This document shows, one piece after another, positions 38,670-52,047 of a stretch of DNA of 64,000 nt. Position 1 is the first letter of the stretch; every line of letters starts with the position of its first letter. Both the position numbers and the translations under genes were made by a program. The DNA lies in contig NC_043003.1 in assembly GCF_006345805.1 (NCBI RefSeq), positions 102,610,001 through 102,674,000 on the forward strand, in the 5' to 3' direction. The stretch comes from Octopus sinensis. Its lineage: Eukaryota. The notes beneath the pieces were generated by a model that saw nothing but the letters and a program-made list of their open reading frames with translations, was not told the DNA's origin and searched no databases.

Positions 38670-39095
38670 TTTACTTGTTTCAGTCATTATTAGACTGGCC
38701 ATCCGTCCTGCAGCATGGCATTGAACAATTTTAGACGAACGAATCGACTTCAGAACGTTTTCGTGTTAATCCTGGTACTTATTCTGCTGGTCTCTTTTGC
38801 CGAATCGTTACGTTACGGGGACGTAAACACACCAACACCGGTTATCACGCGATGGTTGGGAGTGGGCAAACAGTTACAACGACACACACATGCATACACA
38901 TGTATGTATTGGTCTATAGATGGTAATATTTGTAGTCATACTGATAAATCTATATACACACCGTAAGTACATATATATATAGACAGATAGACGAACAGAT
39001 ACACACACAGATATAGACACACGAGCACACTGAATGAGAGATAGACAAGAAGAGAGATACACAGACAGATAGACTGACAGACAGACAGATAGATC

Positions 39096-39186
<91 letters not shown>

Positions 39187-39187
<1 letters not shown>

Positions 39188-39995
39188 TGTTTCTTTATTA
39201 GCCACACAGGGCTGCACACAGACGGGACAAATTACAAAGTAGAGCTTTTCCTTTGGGGATAAAAAAGGGGGGCTGGTTTTCGATCAAAAGGGATCGTAAA
39301 AGGAAAGAAAGAGGAAAGCAAAAGCAAAAAAAAAGTGGGGGGAGGGGATAAAAATAAACGGAAAAAGAAAAAATCGATCATTAGGGATCGTTATCACAGA
39401 AATGTCAATATAAAGTGTAAAGGGGAAGACAGGTGAGGTTTACCTGTGGAAAGAAAAGCCTACGGAAAAGACCACGGTAACCTCGGTCAATGAAGTCACA
39501 TGCTACATTTTTTTTTACAAATAAGTAACTCTCTGTATTAAATTTTTACCGTTCATAGGATCATACTCAAGGTGGCTTCGTCATTCATACGTGCCATCCT
39601 TGCTACATTCACCCATCTTTTTTTAAAACATTCACTAGACAAAACTTGCCTCTCTACTCTCACTTTCCTTTTCAAATGCTACCTGAAGAAGTTGATGAGA
39701 GATTGACTAGAGAGGAAAGTGTTTGTTACTAATCCTTTCAGGCGCGTCCACCAGATACATTCTTTCGCCATAGCCACAAGTATGATAAAAATAGCTTATC
39801 CTTCCCGTTTGAAGGAAGGATGTGTGACGATATTAACGATATACTCGGCTGATAAACCGACACGTCCCACACGTGACAGCAGTCGTTCGACATAAGCCCA
39901 CAGGTCGGAGATTGTTGGACACTGCACGATTGCGTGCAGAACGGTTTCGTCGCTCTGACCGCAGGTCGGCCCCGTGTTTCTCGAGCCATACCTAT
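39187..39995 (-). mobile_element. Tx1/L1-type LINE 3' fragment inside (GATA)n
   Basis: Homologous to 27330-27730 C-terminal coding region; ends ctaataaagaaaca(tatc)n. Confidence 0.8.
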
Positions 39996-40021
39996 AGAGA
40001 CAGACAGACAGACAGACAGAC

Positions 40022-40065
<44 letters not shown>

Positions 40066-41182
40066 GATAGATAGATAGATAGATAGATAGATGATAGATA
40101 GATATCTGTTTGTGTCTTTGTATCAGTGTACCCTCACCACAACTTTACAAGGGGTGTTGGTTTGTTCACATCCCTGTAATCTAGTGGTTGGACCAAAGGG
40201 ATAGATAGAATAAATACCAGGCTTTAAGAAAGTAATGGAGTCGATTCGTTTGACTAAAAATTCCTCAAGGCGGTGCCCCCGAATGGCCGCAATCAAATGA
40301 CTAAAACAGGTAAAAGATAACAGGTAAATAATAACCGATATAAAGTTTGTTGGTTGGTTGGTTGGTTGATTTCACCAGTCACATTTCACATCATATAGAG
40401 TGAGGGAGAGAGAATAAAAGAGAGTTACAGACAGAGTTAACATAAGAGGTGCAGGATGAGTAGAGAGAAAAATTCGAAGAGACAGAGGAAAAGAAGGAGT
40501 AGATTACATTGTAGTTACGAGCGGAGTTGTACAAATGAGAAATTTGTAATATTTGATGTTATTTGAAAGTAATGAATATTTTTCTTTTTTAAATTAAAAT
40601 TCATTTTTATTTAATCGTTTTGCATAAGCACCAAGAAATTTGATAAAATTTAAATCTTAATTATTGTACGTATGCCATATTTTCTGACACTACCCATGGT
40701 GTCAAAAGTGTACTTCCAAAGCTGCCCGTCATACGACAAGCAATAATCGTAATTTAGCCTCAAAAATAGAGGAATAGAATGCTGAATCTAGCAATTAGCG
40801 ACAGATTGAAATTAAGCAAATCTGTCTATTTACCGTTTCCCTTCAATTTAATTATTATGATTTATCGAATTGAAAATATATCGGATTGCGAGTGCTGGAT
40901 CAACTTTAAACATACAGGCATTTATAGATGCTGAATTCTATTCAACAGTAATAGAACAAATACGGGTTCAATGAATCGGAATTGACAGTTTTGCAAACAT
41001 TTAATTTAAAGTGTATTGGATCTTAGGAAGTACTTTAAATATCAGACTAACCAGTGTTTCACGAAAGTTAAAAACTGAATAAGTCCTGTAGTTGCTGTAA
41101 AGCATGGAGACAGGTTATGTAGCAGATGCAACTCACGCTACAAAGTTTAGCCGACATTGAGTACTGCCTTGAAACGCTCTAA

Positions 41183-41573
41183 TCTTTATATATAAAAGTC
41201 AAGTTGTGTGTCTGTCTCCTACGATTTAGATTCCTAACTACTCCCACATTTTGCGGTGCAGTTTAACCAAAACCGGGTATCTTATAGTCGTGATTCATAT
41301 CGAGCCCTTCTGGGTATTAGCGCGCGTCTACGATGAGTCTACGATTTAAAAAAAAAATTACCATCATTTTTTTCCATTTTAATGCATTTTTGGCATATAT
41401 AAGGGAAGTAACTCTCTAAAAATGTCTACGATGAGTCAACGATTAAAAAAAATTTACCATCATTTTTTTCCATTTTTAATGCATTTTTTGCTATTTTTTG
41501 GCTATAACTCTCTAAAAATGCTTATATAATTATTTCCCTTACAAACCCGAGCAACGCCGGGCGATACTGCTAG
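41183..41573 (+). mobile_element. Non-autonomous Helitron
   Basis: A|TC start, cccgagcaacgccggg subterminal hairpin, CTAG|T end, no TSD. Confidence 0.88.
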
Positions 41574-41919
41574 TAGGTTATATACAGAGTTTTCCCCTCA
41601 AATTCGTCATCATCAGCCTCGACCTTTTCAATGTCAACTTCCAGCTTCAAATTTATCCTCATCAATCTGAAATCATCCACAACATTCGGTCTTGATTACG
41701 CTGTCGTCTATTTCGATCTCGTTATTGTCAACTTTAATTTCGTCATCGTCAACTTAAAAGTCGTCGCTGTAGCATGAAGCGATTTTGTTTATGGACAGAC
41801 ATTAATATCAGTGATTGCTTGTCTCAGAATTGTAAAAGGATGTTAACATTACAATGTTTTGTAAAAGCTTACATGTTTTGAACATAAAAATTATAACACC
41901 TAGCCTTACCATAAATATA

Positions 41920-42763
41920 CAAGGTGATATCAAAAAGTTCCCGGACTAGTTCTGTAGCGCGCCAGCAGATGACAGCACACGGTTGCGTGTGCAGTGAGAA
42001 ATAGCAGTGATCCTCATGAGGCCGTGTGTCGAGTGACATCGCTGTGTTTGCTTCGCAAGTTGTGAAATTTGTGCTTTTGTGATCATGTGTATGCTGTAGT
42101 CTACGATTTTTTTTATGGACAGGGACAAAGAGCCAGCGTGAAATTTTGCATTAAACTTGTGAAGTCTGCTACAGAGACATTGAATATGCTTCGGTAAGCC
42201 TATGACGACGAGGCAATGTCTCGAGTGGCTCGGGCGCTTCAAAAGAACCGCAATCAAGAGCATGCTCAATCAAGAGCATGCTCATCGTTTTTTTTTTCTG
42301 AAATCCGCGGTATTGTGCATCGAGAATTCGTCCCCCGGGGCCAGACTATCGATCGAGAGTTCTACTGCGACGTTTTGAAGCGTTTCAGGGAGGAAACCCG
42401 GCGAAAGCGATCGGATCTGTGGAGCGCGAAGAATCGGATTTTACACGACAATGCACCCTGTCACCGAGCTCTCCTTACTCGTGAGTTTCTCGCCACAAAC
42501 AACATGGTATCGCTTCCGCACCCACCCTTTCGCTAGATTTAGCAGCTGCAGACTTCCATCTCTTCTCCAAGACGGAAATGCAGTTCAAAGACCGCCGTTT
42601 TAACACCGTTGTCGAGATCCAGAGCAAATCGCAGAAGGTCCTCGACTCACGGAAAATGACTCCTGGCCGGTGTATTGCTGCGCAAGGTAACTATTTTGAA
42701 GGAGGAGATGTTAAAACTTACTATTAAACATAACTAGTCCGGGAACTTTTTGATACCACCCTG
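41920..42763 (+). mobile_element. Internally deleted mariner transposon
   Basis: ~30-bp TIRs (tatcaaaaagttcccggactagtt); GIVHREFVP.GQTID..FYCDVLKR, LHDNAPCH, PHPP..DLA.ADFHLF. Confidence 0.92.
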
Positions 42764-42924
42764 CACGTATATTTAGTACATTAGATGTACGCAAAACTAC
42801 ATACGGTACTATATACATACACAACACGTCAAAAACAAATTTGATGACATTAATGTAGCTTTTTATTCATGAATCCCATTTCTCTCAACCTGTTTCTAAA
42901 ATATCCAGCACAATCAGTAGACGT

Positions 42925-43125
42925 ATTTGTGACCTCGTGAGCACCGCCAGCAATTTTTCTTCCTCTGTCTTCCCTTCTCGGGATCTTTCCTTCTCCTTTG
43001 TTTCCGACGAAACGTTAAACTCTCCTTCCCTTCTTTCCTGAGCGTCCAATAATACTTTATTTGTTCCACGTCCTCGCGTTGCTGTGTTTTTTTTTTTGTG
43101 TTTTCTTGTTTGGATTAACTGTGTA
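42925..43125 (+). repeat. Copy of the 14893-15090 family with hammerhead stem II deleted
   Basis: gtttccgacga|aacgttaaac versus gtttctgatga[agagctccgctcga]aacgttaaat. Confidence 0.75.
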
Positions 43126-43490
43126 TGTAGATATATTGACAAACACCGGGTTAGCTATGGTTATCGACGATGATCGTGGTGGAGCTATTAGAAGAATGTT
43201 AAGAGAATTAAGAAATGGGAATGGGAATAATTAAAAATGATTATCATTCTTCTATTTTTATAATTATCTCAAAATCCTTCAGCAGACTAGTAAAACGTCA
43301 TTAGTTAAAAAAACGATTTTTGATGACACGTGTATTTATGGACATCTGTACCTCATCATTTTCTGTTGACATGCTCTTTCATACTTATCATAAAATACGT
43401 GTATATGTAAGGATTTCAAAACATACAGACATACATAACACACACACACACACACACACGCACGCACACGCACGCACGCACGCACACACA

Positions 43491-43554
<64 letters not shown>

Positions 43555-43890
43555 TATCTTTTTCTTGTTTCAGTCATTAGACTGCAGCCATGCTGAGACG
43601 CCCGCCTTGAAAAAATTTTAGTCGAATGAATCGACTCCTTGTTAAAGTACTGTACTTATTCTATCGATTACTTTTGCCGAATCGCTAAGTTACGGTGACG
43701 TAAACACACCAACGGGTGGGAGTAGGGGACAAACCCAGATACAAAGACATACACGCACACACACATATACATACAAACACACGGGCTTCTTTCACTTTTC
43801 GTTTACCAAATCCACTCAAAAGGCTTTGGTCGGCCCGACGCTATAGGAGACGACATTCACCCAAGGTGCCACGCAATGGGATTGAACCCG
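43555..43890 (-). mobile_element. SINE family B
   Basis: Tail and CORE-like modules. Confidence 0.75.
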
Positions 43891-44188
43891 TCTGAGGTTA
43901 ACAGGATGTATAGAATAGCAATCACGTAAACGTAACTATTTCCTTAGTAGTCGTAATTATTACAAGAGAGAGATAATCAGATAACCATTTCTTCATAATA
44001 CTTGAGTGGATTAGAAATTTGAATTTAAAATTAATGGATTATAAAGAAAAAGGCTTCATAGAATTCATATATTTAATTTTTGTTTTGTTTATTTATTATG
44101 GGGTTCTCGAACTTTCCTGTTGCTGATCATTATGTGTAGTGTTCTTTCATTCTTATTACACAAACTGTGATTTACTAATCAAATATTT

Positions 44189-44408
44189 ATTTCTTTACTA
44201 CCCACAAGGGGCTAAACATAGAGAGGACAAACAAGGACAGACATAGGTATTAAATCGATTACATCGATCCCAGTACTTAATTTATCGACCCCGAAAGGAT
44301 GACAGGCAAAGTCGACCTCGCCGGAATTTGAACTCAGAACGTAACGGCAGACGAAATACGGCTACGCATTTCGCCCGGCGTGCTAACGGTTCTGCCAGCT
44401 CGCCGCCT
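44189..44408 (-). mobile_element. SINE family A, long tail, ~17-bp TSD
   Basis: tttactaatcaaatatt on both sides. Confidence 0.9.
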
Positions 44409-44657
44409 TTTACTAATCAAATATTATGAAGTGAGACATTCGATCAATGTTAGAAATAATTACAGTCTGGAGAAAATTCTTGGAATATGTTAACAGTTTA
44501 GGAAGCGAGAGAATAGAGAGGGAGTTCTTAATGTTTACACACAAAATAATAATTGTTTCCAGGGTATTCTAAATTGTGAAAATGTCTTATAGCTTCCAAC
44601 AAGATGAGGACAAAGATCCGTCAATTGTATATAATATAAATAATATAAATACATTCT

Positions 44658-44735
<78 letters not shown>

Positions 44736-46564
44736 CATATGTATGTATATGTATATATACGTATAATGGGACTAGAAGGTTCCTGATACCTGTGGAGTAT
44801 CTCCTTCTATTAAAATTATTTTTTGTAGTCTTAGGATTCTGGAACTCGAAGAAGAAGAAGAGGCTTACAAGCGGATGCAATTCAATGGTTGTTTACTTGG
44901 TTCTCATTTCATGGGGTTTGCTCCCGGCGACCATCTGTATGTAAGCGCGTAGTTCGTTAGCTCCGTTCGTGAGAGATACATTACCTTTGGAGATAACGGA
45001 TAAAGTTCGAGCGGGTTAAGAAGCCGCTATGAGCTGCTAGGTTGCAGTCGTCAAACGTGAGCTCCAACGCGACCGAAGAGAACGGGTTGCTCAATACACC
45101 CATACGCGCGTATATACGTACGAGTGAGGGTATGCTTGTATGTATGCATGTGGGTATATGTAAACATTTATACACATGCAAAATTTAGATGACTGCACAT
45201 GTAGGAACGATGATACACGAGGATTGTATTTGTAACTTATCTCTATAACTTATCTGATATACATGTATATACATCTTCTCGTAAATATTTTCTCAGAATA
45301 ATTAACACTGCTATTTCCTTAATTCTTAATTCTTCATATATTTGCCTCCCAATTAATAGCTACTACTACACTTAGTACTTCTACCTCTTAACCCACCTCA
45401 TTCCTCTATCATTTATACTATAATACCTTTCTCTCTTTATCACCACTCCTACTTTCAAACTACCTCCACTGACCACTGACCAAGCTATATCTTAATTTTA
45501 CTTTTTTCTTTTCCTTATTCTCTTTATTCATACCTTCAGGGGTTTTATTCTTTAGATTTGTTTTTACTAATCTTTCTTCTTTCTCTTTAATTCTTTCTTT
45601 CTCTCCTCCTCTTATCTCTCTTTTTTTTCTTTTTCTTTCTTTGCCATTCCTCTCTGTCTGTTTTCAATTTGACCAAACTAATAGACTCCCTATCTCTAGG
45701 TCAGTTTAAACACAAACCTCGAATCTGCTACACCCTATATAAATTCCCTACTGGGAATGACCAACTTTAAGAGAATCTTACATTGCTTATAAACTTTACA
45801 TCTGGATGGACTCATATTAAACTCTGTTGGACTTCTGGATTTTACTCAAAGGATATTGGAATATTACACATATATACCATTATGCCTATAAAACGGATTT
45901 ATGAACTTGTAAGAGTTAGTACTTCCTTCTCTAAGCCTAGATTCGAAATCGAATCCAAGAATCATCGGTCAAAAACCAATGCATGTATAGGCGTGAAATT
46001 TAAAGTTCTCTTTGTTCTGTCAAAAATTGATTGATCTTCTCCCTTTGACCTGCGACCTCAGCCATGTCAGGCGAAGTTCAACTGGACAAGCGCTGACCTA
46101 CTGAAGTAGTAACTCTGTTGCAGTATGTCTATCTTTCTAGCTGTTTCAAATATTATAAATACAAGGGAAAAACAGAGAAAGAAACACAATCGCAGCTGAC
46201 ATCCCAGCAGACAGATCTATCTCGCCCCATGTTTTGGAGACGACAGAGAGAAATGTTCACAGTATCTATCGACCACTGTTTCGAATGAAACATGCACATA
46301 CCCACACACACAAACATATTCATCTTTAATATGTGCTCTATACAAGCAATTCGTAGCATTTGCTTACATTTGTATGTAGTGTATTTATAATCCATGTAAA
46401 TAAATCCCTTTTTAATCATGAAACAATTTATGTATTTATTTATACACACACACATCCACACCACCTCAGTAACCATACATATCTTACATCTATTTTCTTT
46501 CCTCCACCTCACTCTATTTGTATCACATCGAAACTAACTATGACTTATTTTTTCCTCTCACACC

Positions 46565-46619
46565 GTCTCCGATGAAGGGATATTATTATTAATTAATATT
46601 CTAGAAATAGCTGTAAGAC
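46565..46619 (+). ncRNA. Hammerhead motif with U4C change
   Basis: GUCU-CCGAUGA-aGGGAUAUU..AAUAUUCUa-GAAA-UAGCU-GUA^-AGAC. Confidence 0.6.
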
Positions 46620-46793
46620 CTTCTATCTATAAATGTTCTAATATCTATACAGCCTTGGTTTTTTTTTATCTCATTATGTAAAAAGTTCATACATATATAG
46701 TTGGAATTTACAAAAACAAAAAAACAAAAGGCGAAGATGGGTGTATAAACAACAAACAGATGTATTAGTTTAACGCTCGGGAAGTGAGAAAGT

Positions 46794-46829
46794 CTTTTAC
46801 ATTTCGAGCCTACGCTCTTCAACAGATAG
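46794..46829 (-). ncRNA. Minimal hammerhead-like motif, variant core CUGUUGA
   Basis: CUAU-CUGUUGA-A-GAGCguagGCUC-GAAA-UGUA^-AAAG; same family as 24789. Confidence 0.55.
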
Positions 46830-47169
46830 GAACACAGAAATAAATAGAGAGAAAATTTTTAAAATGTTTAGTGGCATTAAGATAGTTTAATGCCGGACTG
46901 AAGTTCTCAGACAGGAGAGCAAGGAAGAAGGGGAGATAATAAAGTAATGGTGATCCCAAGACCAAGGTGCGTGTGCGAGTGTATGTGAGAGCGTGTATGT
47001 GAGAGCGTGTATGTGTGTGTGGAAAGAGGCTGGTGACCTTGACGTATGCGTGTGTAGGTGGGTGGATGATGATGTGGGTGCTGGGAAGTGGTCAGTGCTA
47101 GTGTGCGCGGTGTGGTGTGATGTGGTGTGATGTGATGTGGTGTGGTATGGTGGTGTGTGATGTGGTATT

Positions 47170-47368
47170 GTGTGGTGTGGTGGAGGTGAGGATGAGGGAA
47201 GCAAGGGCGGGATGTGGGTTGGGGTACATATGCGTATATATATACATATATGTATACATATATTTGTATACATATATTTATATATATATATGTATATATA
47301 TACGCATATGTACCCCAACCCACACCCCACCCTTGCTTCCCCCACCCTCACCTCCACCACACCACACA
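47170..47368. repeat. Inverted repeat with TA-rich centre
   Basis: gtgtggtgtggtggaggtgagg...ggggtacatatgcg / cgcatatgtacccc...cctcacctccaccacaccacac. Confidence 0.85.
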
Positions 47369-47457
47369 TTTACATTTATATATACATATATATATATGCA
47401 TATATATATATACATATACATATATATATACATATATATATGCATATATATATATAC

Positions 47458-47495
<38 letters not shown>

Positions 47496-47538
47496 TATAT
47501 ACATATATATAATATATATATATACATACATATACGTA

Positions 47539-47576
<38 letters not shown>

Positions 47577-47668
47577 CAGAAAATGGAGAAAAACCTTTGG
47601 TCGACAAACAAATTGACGAACATCGGTTAATTATTTTTTAATACAGTACATAACTTAACATTACATAA

Positions 47669-47790
47669 CATTACTTACGGCCGTTTCGGCTGCCAATGTC
47701 AGTCGGTGCTTACAAAGAACATTCCGAAAATAGTATTCGCCATGTTTATAGTACATTCGATCTAGTACATGGAGCTTCAGCAGAATGAAT
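47669..47790 (-). ncRNA. Hammerhead-like motif, variant core CUGCUGA, long stem II
   Basis: CUGCUGA-aGCUCCAUGU..ACAUUGGcAGCc-GAAA-CGGCC-GUA^; palindromic ACGGCCGU; stem I weak. Confidence 0.5.
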
Positions 47791-48084
47791 ACAAATACAT
47801 AAAATAAAATAAGCGAAGGGGAGAGGAAAGAACAGGGCCTCGAGATGAGGCCAGAAGACTCAATATATTAGAATCATACCATTTTTCAGGGTGAAGCTTG
47901 AAGTCGATAGGCAAAAGAGTGAACTAGCAAATGAGCTAGAGAAATAATTTATAGGTTATCTCTTTATGTAGGGGCACCAGGGTGTATAAATAGTAGTAGA
48001 ATAAAAGCAGTGCTAAAGTAAAACAGGAATCGCCAATATGTTTAGAAATATAATAGTACTGTAGTGACGCTATTTTGGAAGATT

Positions 48085-48520
48085 TCAGCGCGCATGCGCA
48101 GAGTTGGATTACTTCCGGTAAGCCGCCGGAAGTTCCCTCATGCGCATGTGCAGAGAACTGCAAACTGAAAGCGTTCCCGCTAAATCTGTCTTTTTGAATC
48201 AGCAACCCTACAGTGGTGACCCGCCGTTTTCAAACATGAAGCCATTATTATTCCCAGGGGCCTTACGTTCACTCGAACGTCTGGCGTAGGGCTCTGTAGC
48301 GTATTTGATATCCTCACTGTTTGAGAAACACAATAAGAATGATCTCGTTTGAGATCATTGCCATCTTTGGCTGGTTTGACCCTGTTGTGTCCACTGATCT
48401 GATTGGATGGCATCTAGCGCGGTTTGTCTCCCTACTTATTTCGCGCCAGAGTGAAAAGCAACCAATCACGGCCTTCGGATAAGGCCTGCTTCTTTGAGCC
48501 CACCACAGGCTTTATAAGGC
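48085..48520. promoter_or_regulatory. CpG-rich promoter-like motif cluster
   Basis: GCGCATGCGCA, ACTTCCGG, CCGGAAGT, TGCGCATGTGCA, ATTGG, TTTCGCGCC, CCAATCA, TTTATAA. Confidence 0.55.
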
Positions 48521-48868
48521 ACTTGTTTTCACTATTCTCCGTCTTTCGACTTTAGACCTTTTAAGGTCTAGTCAGAGCTACTCAGCCATGTTCCAGTTCG
48601 TATAACCTTACAGTACTTATGATTTCGTAAATAGAGCTAATTAATATTTATCGAAAATAAATCAGTAGAGTTTTTATAATGGTGTACTTACTGAAATATT
48701 TTAGAGACCAACCACCTGTTGTTCGTCCGTAATAGAATTGATCAATTTCCAACCATCTCCACAATTGGTCAGTTATATTTAAACTAAGGGCAAGTTAAGA
48801 CCGTTATAGAGGTAGACGTAAATAAAGAAGAAAATGAACCAGTAAACATTTACATAGACATCTATCTA

Positions 48869-48980
<112 letters not shown>

Positions 48981-49345
48981 GAAAATTCTACAGTCAGAAG
49001 ATAAATTCTAACACTATCATGTTCTTAACAATCAATTCAACCTCTCTGTATGTATATCTACCCTCTTTATAATGTTTGCAAACAAAATGGAAATAAGTAT
49101 ATGTATTGTCCCTTTGATGGAAGACTTCTATAAATGGCTGAAGATTGCTCAACATTTTAAAAACTGATGTGATACTTACAATGTTTAATAAAATGATGTA
49201 GCATGAAACGATCATACCAAATTAGCGCAGATATTCTTGTTGCATATTTTGATTATAATCACTCCGTGAATTTATATGGATAATACCATACAAAATTCTG
49301 GTGCATCTGACTTAAGTACCATATTCATTTGAATCTAAATTTTGC

Positions 49346-49745
49346 TGTAGGAGTGGCTGTGTGGTAAGTAGCTTGCTTACGAACCACATGGTTCCGGGTT
49401 CACTCCCACTGCGTGGCACCCTGGGCAAGTGTCTTCTACTATAGCCTCGGGCCGACCAAAGCCTTGTGAGTGGATTTGGTAGACGGAAACTGAAAGAAGC
49501 CTGTCGTATATATGTATATGTATGTGTATGTGTGTGTATATGTTTGTGTGTCTGTGTTTGTCCCCCCAACATCGCTTGACAACCGATGGTGGTGTGTTTA
49601 CGTTCTCGTAACTTAGCGGTTCGGCAAGAGAGACCGATAGAATAAGTACTAGGCTTACAAAGAATAAGTCCTGGTGTTAATTTGCTCGACTAAAGGCGTT
49701 GCTCCAGCATGGCCACAGTCAAATGACTGAAACAAGTAAAAGAGT
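49346..49745 (+). mobile_element. SINE family B
   Basis: Near-consensus full copy. Confidence 0.88.
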
Positions 49746-50498
49746 ATATATATATATATAGTTTACTTTATGTAATATATGAAACTACTAATAGTTTCAT
49801 ACACTGGAAATGTTTTCTATGCAGTTTTAAATAACATGCCTTGTGTCTCCAAGCAATTCTGAGGCTCTAAGTACATGGCCAAAACAAATTACAAATCAAA
49901 ACAATAAATCACGAGAAAAATCGAGAGGAAAGTGGATCTAAAAAATGGAAGGGTGAAAGAAACGGAAAAAGGAAAGAAAAAAGGTAGAATTAGAGTTTTG
50001 TCCACTTTGACAATAAAGTCACAAAGGTAGTCCAGGGAGGGTAATTTTCTCCAGTTCGTTAAAAGAAACTTACGCAAAGATATGGGCAAGTTTCGAATTC
50101 GTGAATAACACCATCTCCGCATTGAGCAGCTGTGTCGCAAACTTTACACTCCTTCCGTTGATTCTATAGCAACTAGCTTCAGCGCTTTACAGTCGAAGGA
50201 GACGTAACTCTAATTCTTACCCCCTTTTTTCTTTTCTTTCCCCCTTCCTTCCACCCTTCCAATTTTTGCACACTTTCTTTTTTCTCGTGGTTTCTCCTTT
50301 TCTATCGTCTTGATTTGTAACTTGTTTTGGCCATGTGCTTAGAGCCCGAAGATTGCTTGGAAACACTAGGCATTTATTTAAACCTGCGAGAAAACAACTC
50401 CAATATATGAATCTACTAGTAACTCATAACTATATATTATGTACATTAAACAAATGTGTGTGTGTGTGTGCACACGTCTTATATATATATATATATAG

Positions 50499-50533
<35 letters not shown>

Positions 50534-50539
50534 ATATAT

Positions 50540-50575
<36 letters not shown>

Positions 50576-50676
50576 GAAAATGCGAGTTCAGTGAAAGCAA
50601 GAAGGAAAACATTAAATGAAAATTTAGTTCGTGAATAAAAAGGGAAAAAGGAATCTTTAGATTTTTTTATATGAAA

Positions 50677-51073
50677 CTAGCAGTATCGCCCGGCGTTGCT
50701 CGGGTTTGTAAGGGAAATAACTATATAAGCATCTTTAGAGAGTTATAGCCAAAATATAGCAAAAAAATGCATTAAAAATGGAAAAAAATTATGGTAATTT
50801 TTTTTTTAAATCGTTGACTCATCGTAGACATTTTTAGAGAGTTACTTCCCTTATATAATAGCGAAAAAATGCATTAAAATGAAAAAAAATGATGGTAAAT
50901 TTTTTTTAAAATTGTAGACTCATCGTAGACGCGCGCTAATACCCAGAAGGGCTCGATATGAATCACGACTATAAGATACCCGGTTTTGGTTAAACTGCAC
51001 CGCAAAATGTGGGAGTAGTTGGAAATCTAAATCGTAGGAGACAGACACACAAATTGACTTTTATATATAAGGA
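50677..51073 (-). mobile_element. Non-autonomous Helitron (second copy)
   Basis: Near-identical reverse complement of 41183-41573 with TC/CTAG ends. Confidence 0.88.
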
Positions 51074-51469
51074 TAAAGAAGAAATCCGTGTATGCAAGTT
51101 AACAGAAACGTACAAGAGTGAATTATTTTGAAAATATAAACATTGTTCGTAGATTCTTCAGTATAAAGAGGTGAGGATGGAATCAAGAAGATCCAATTGT
51201 TAACATTTCTTTGGCAATATTTTTTCTAACATTTAAACTAAAGGTTATGCTACGCTTTGGAACTTCGGGTAGGTAATATTCGGAATCTCATTTATAAAGC
51301 CACTATTCAGGAATGCTTTACTGTACTAAGAAAAATACAATTTTATCGGATTAGAAAATAACTTTTTACATCATACACAAAATTAAGTACAAGACTATTA
51401 TCTAATAATAAACTTTGCCGTCCTCATATGTAACCTTGTAGCGAAAGTTACAGCTACTATCTCAGTGGC

Positions 51470-52047
51470 ATTTTGTTCGTTCAAATTCCACTGAGGTCGG
51501 CTTCACTTTTCATATTTTCGGGCTCGATGGAATAAGTACCAGTTGAGCACTGGGGTCCACGCAATCGACTTGTCCCCTCCCTTAGAATTGCCGGCCTTGT
51601 GCTAAAATTTGAAACCATTATTATTATAGCGAAGAAGGTTGTATCTGGCAAAACTTTTAGCACGCTGGGCAAAATGCATAGCTGTATTTCGTCTGCCGTT
51701 ACGTTCTGAGTTCAAATTCCGCCGAGGTCGACTTTGCCTTTCATCCTTTCGGGGTCGATAAATTAAGTACCTGTTACGCACTGGTGTCGATATAATCGAC
51801 TTAATCCGTTTGTCTGTCCTTGTTTGTCCCCTCTATGTGTAGTAGTGGGTAGTAAAGAAATAGGTATTTCGTCCGTCTTTTGGTTCTGAGTTAAAATTCT
51901 GCTGCTGCCGACTTTGCCGATTTTATCCTTTCGGGATAAAATAAGTACTACTTCATCACTGGGGTTGATGTAATCGTCTATCATCCTCCACTCCCTGCTT
52001 CTCTCCCTAAACTTCAGGCCTTGTGCCTTAAGTAGAAAGAATTATTA
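51470..52047 (+). mobile_element. SINE family A cluster including dimer
   Basis: aaagaaata|ggtatttcgtc junction near 51862. Confidence 0.8.

Noticed and set aside
45700-46300. Possible decayed Penelope coding sequence upstream of the 46565 hammerhead
   Set aside because: No unambiguous RT or GIY-YIG motif readable
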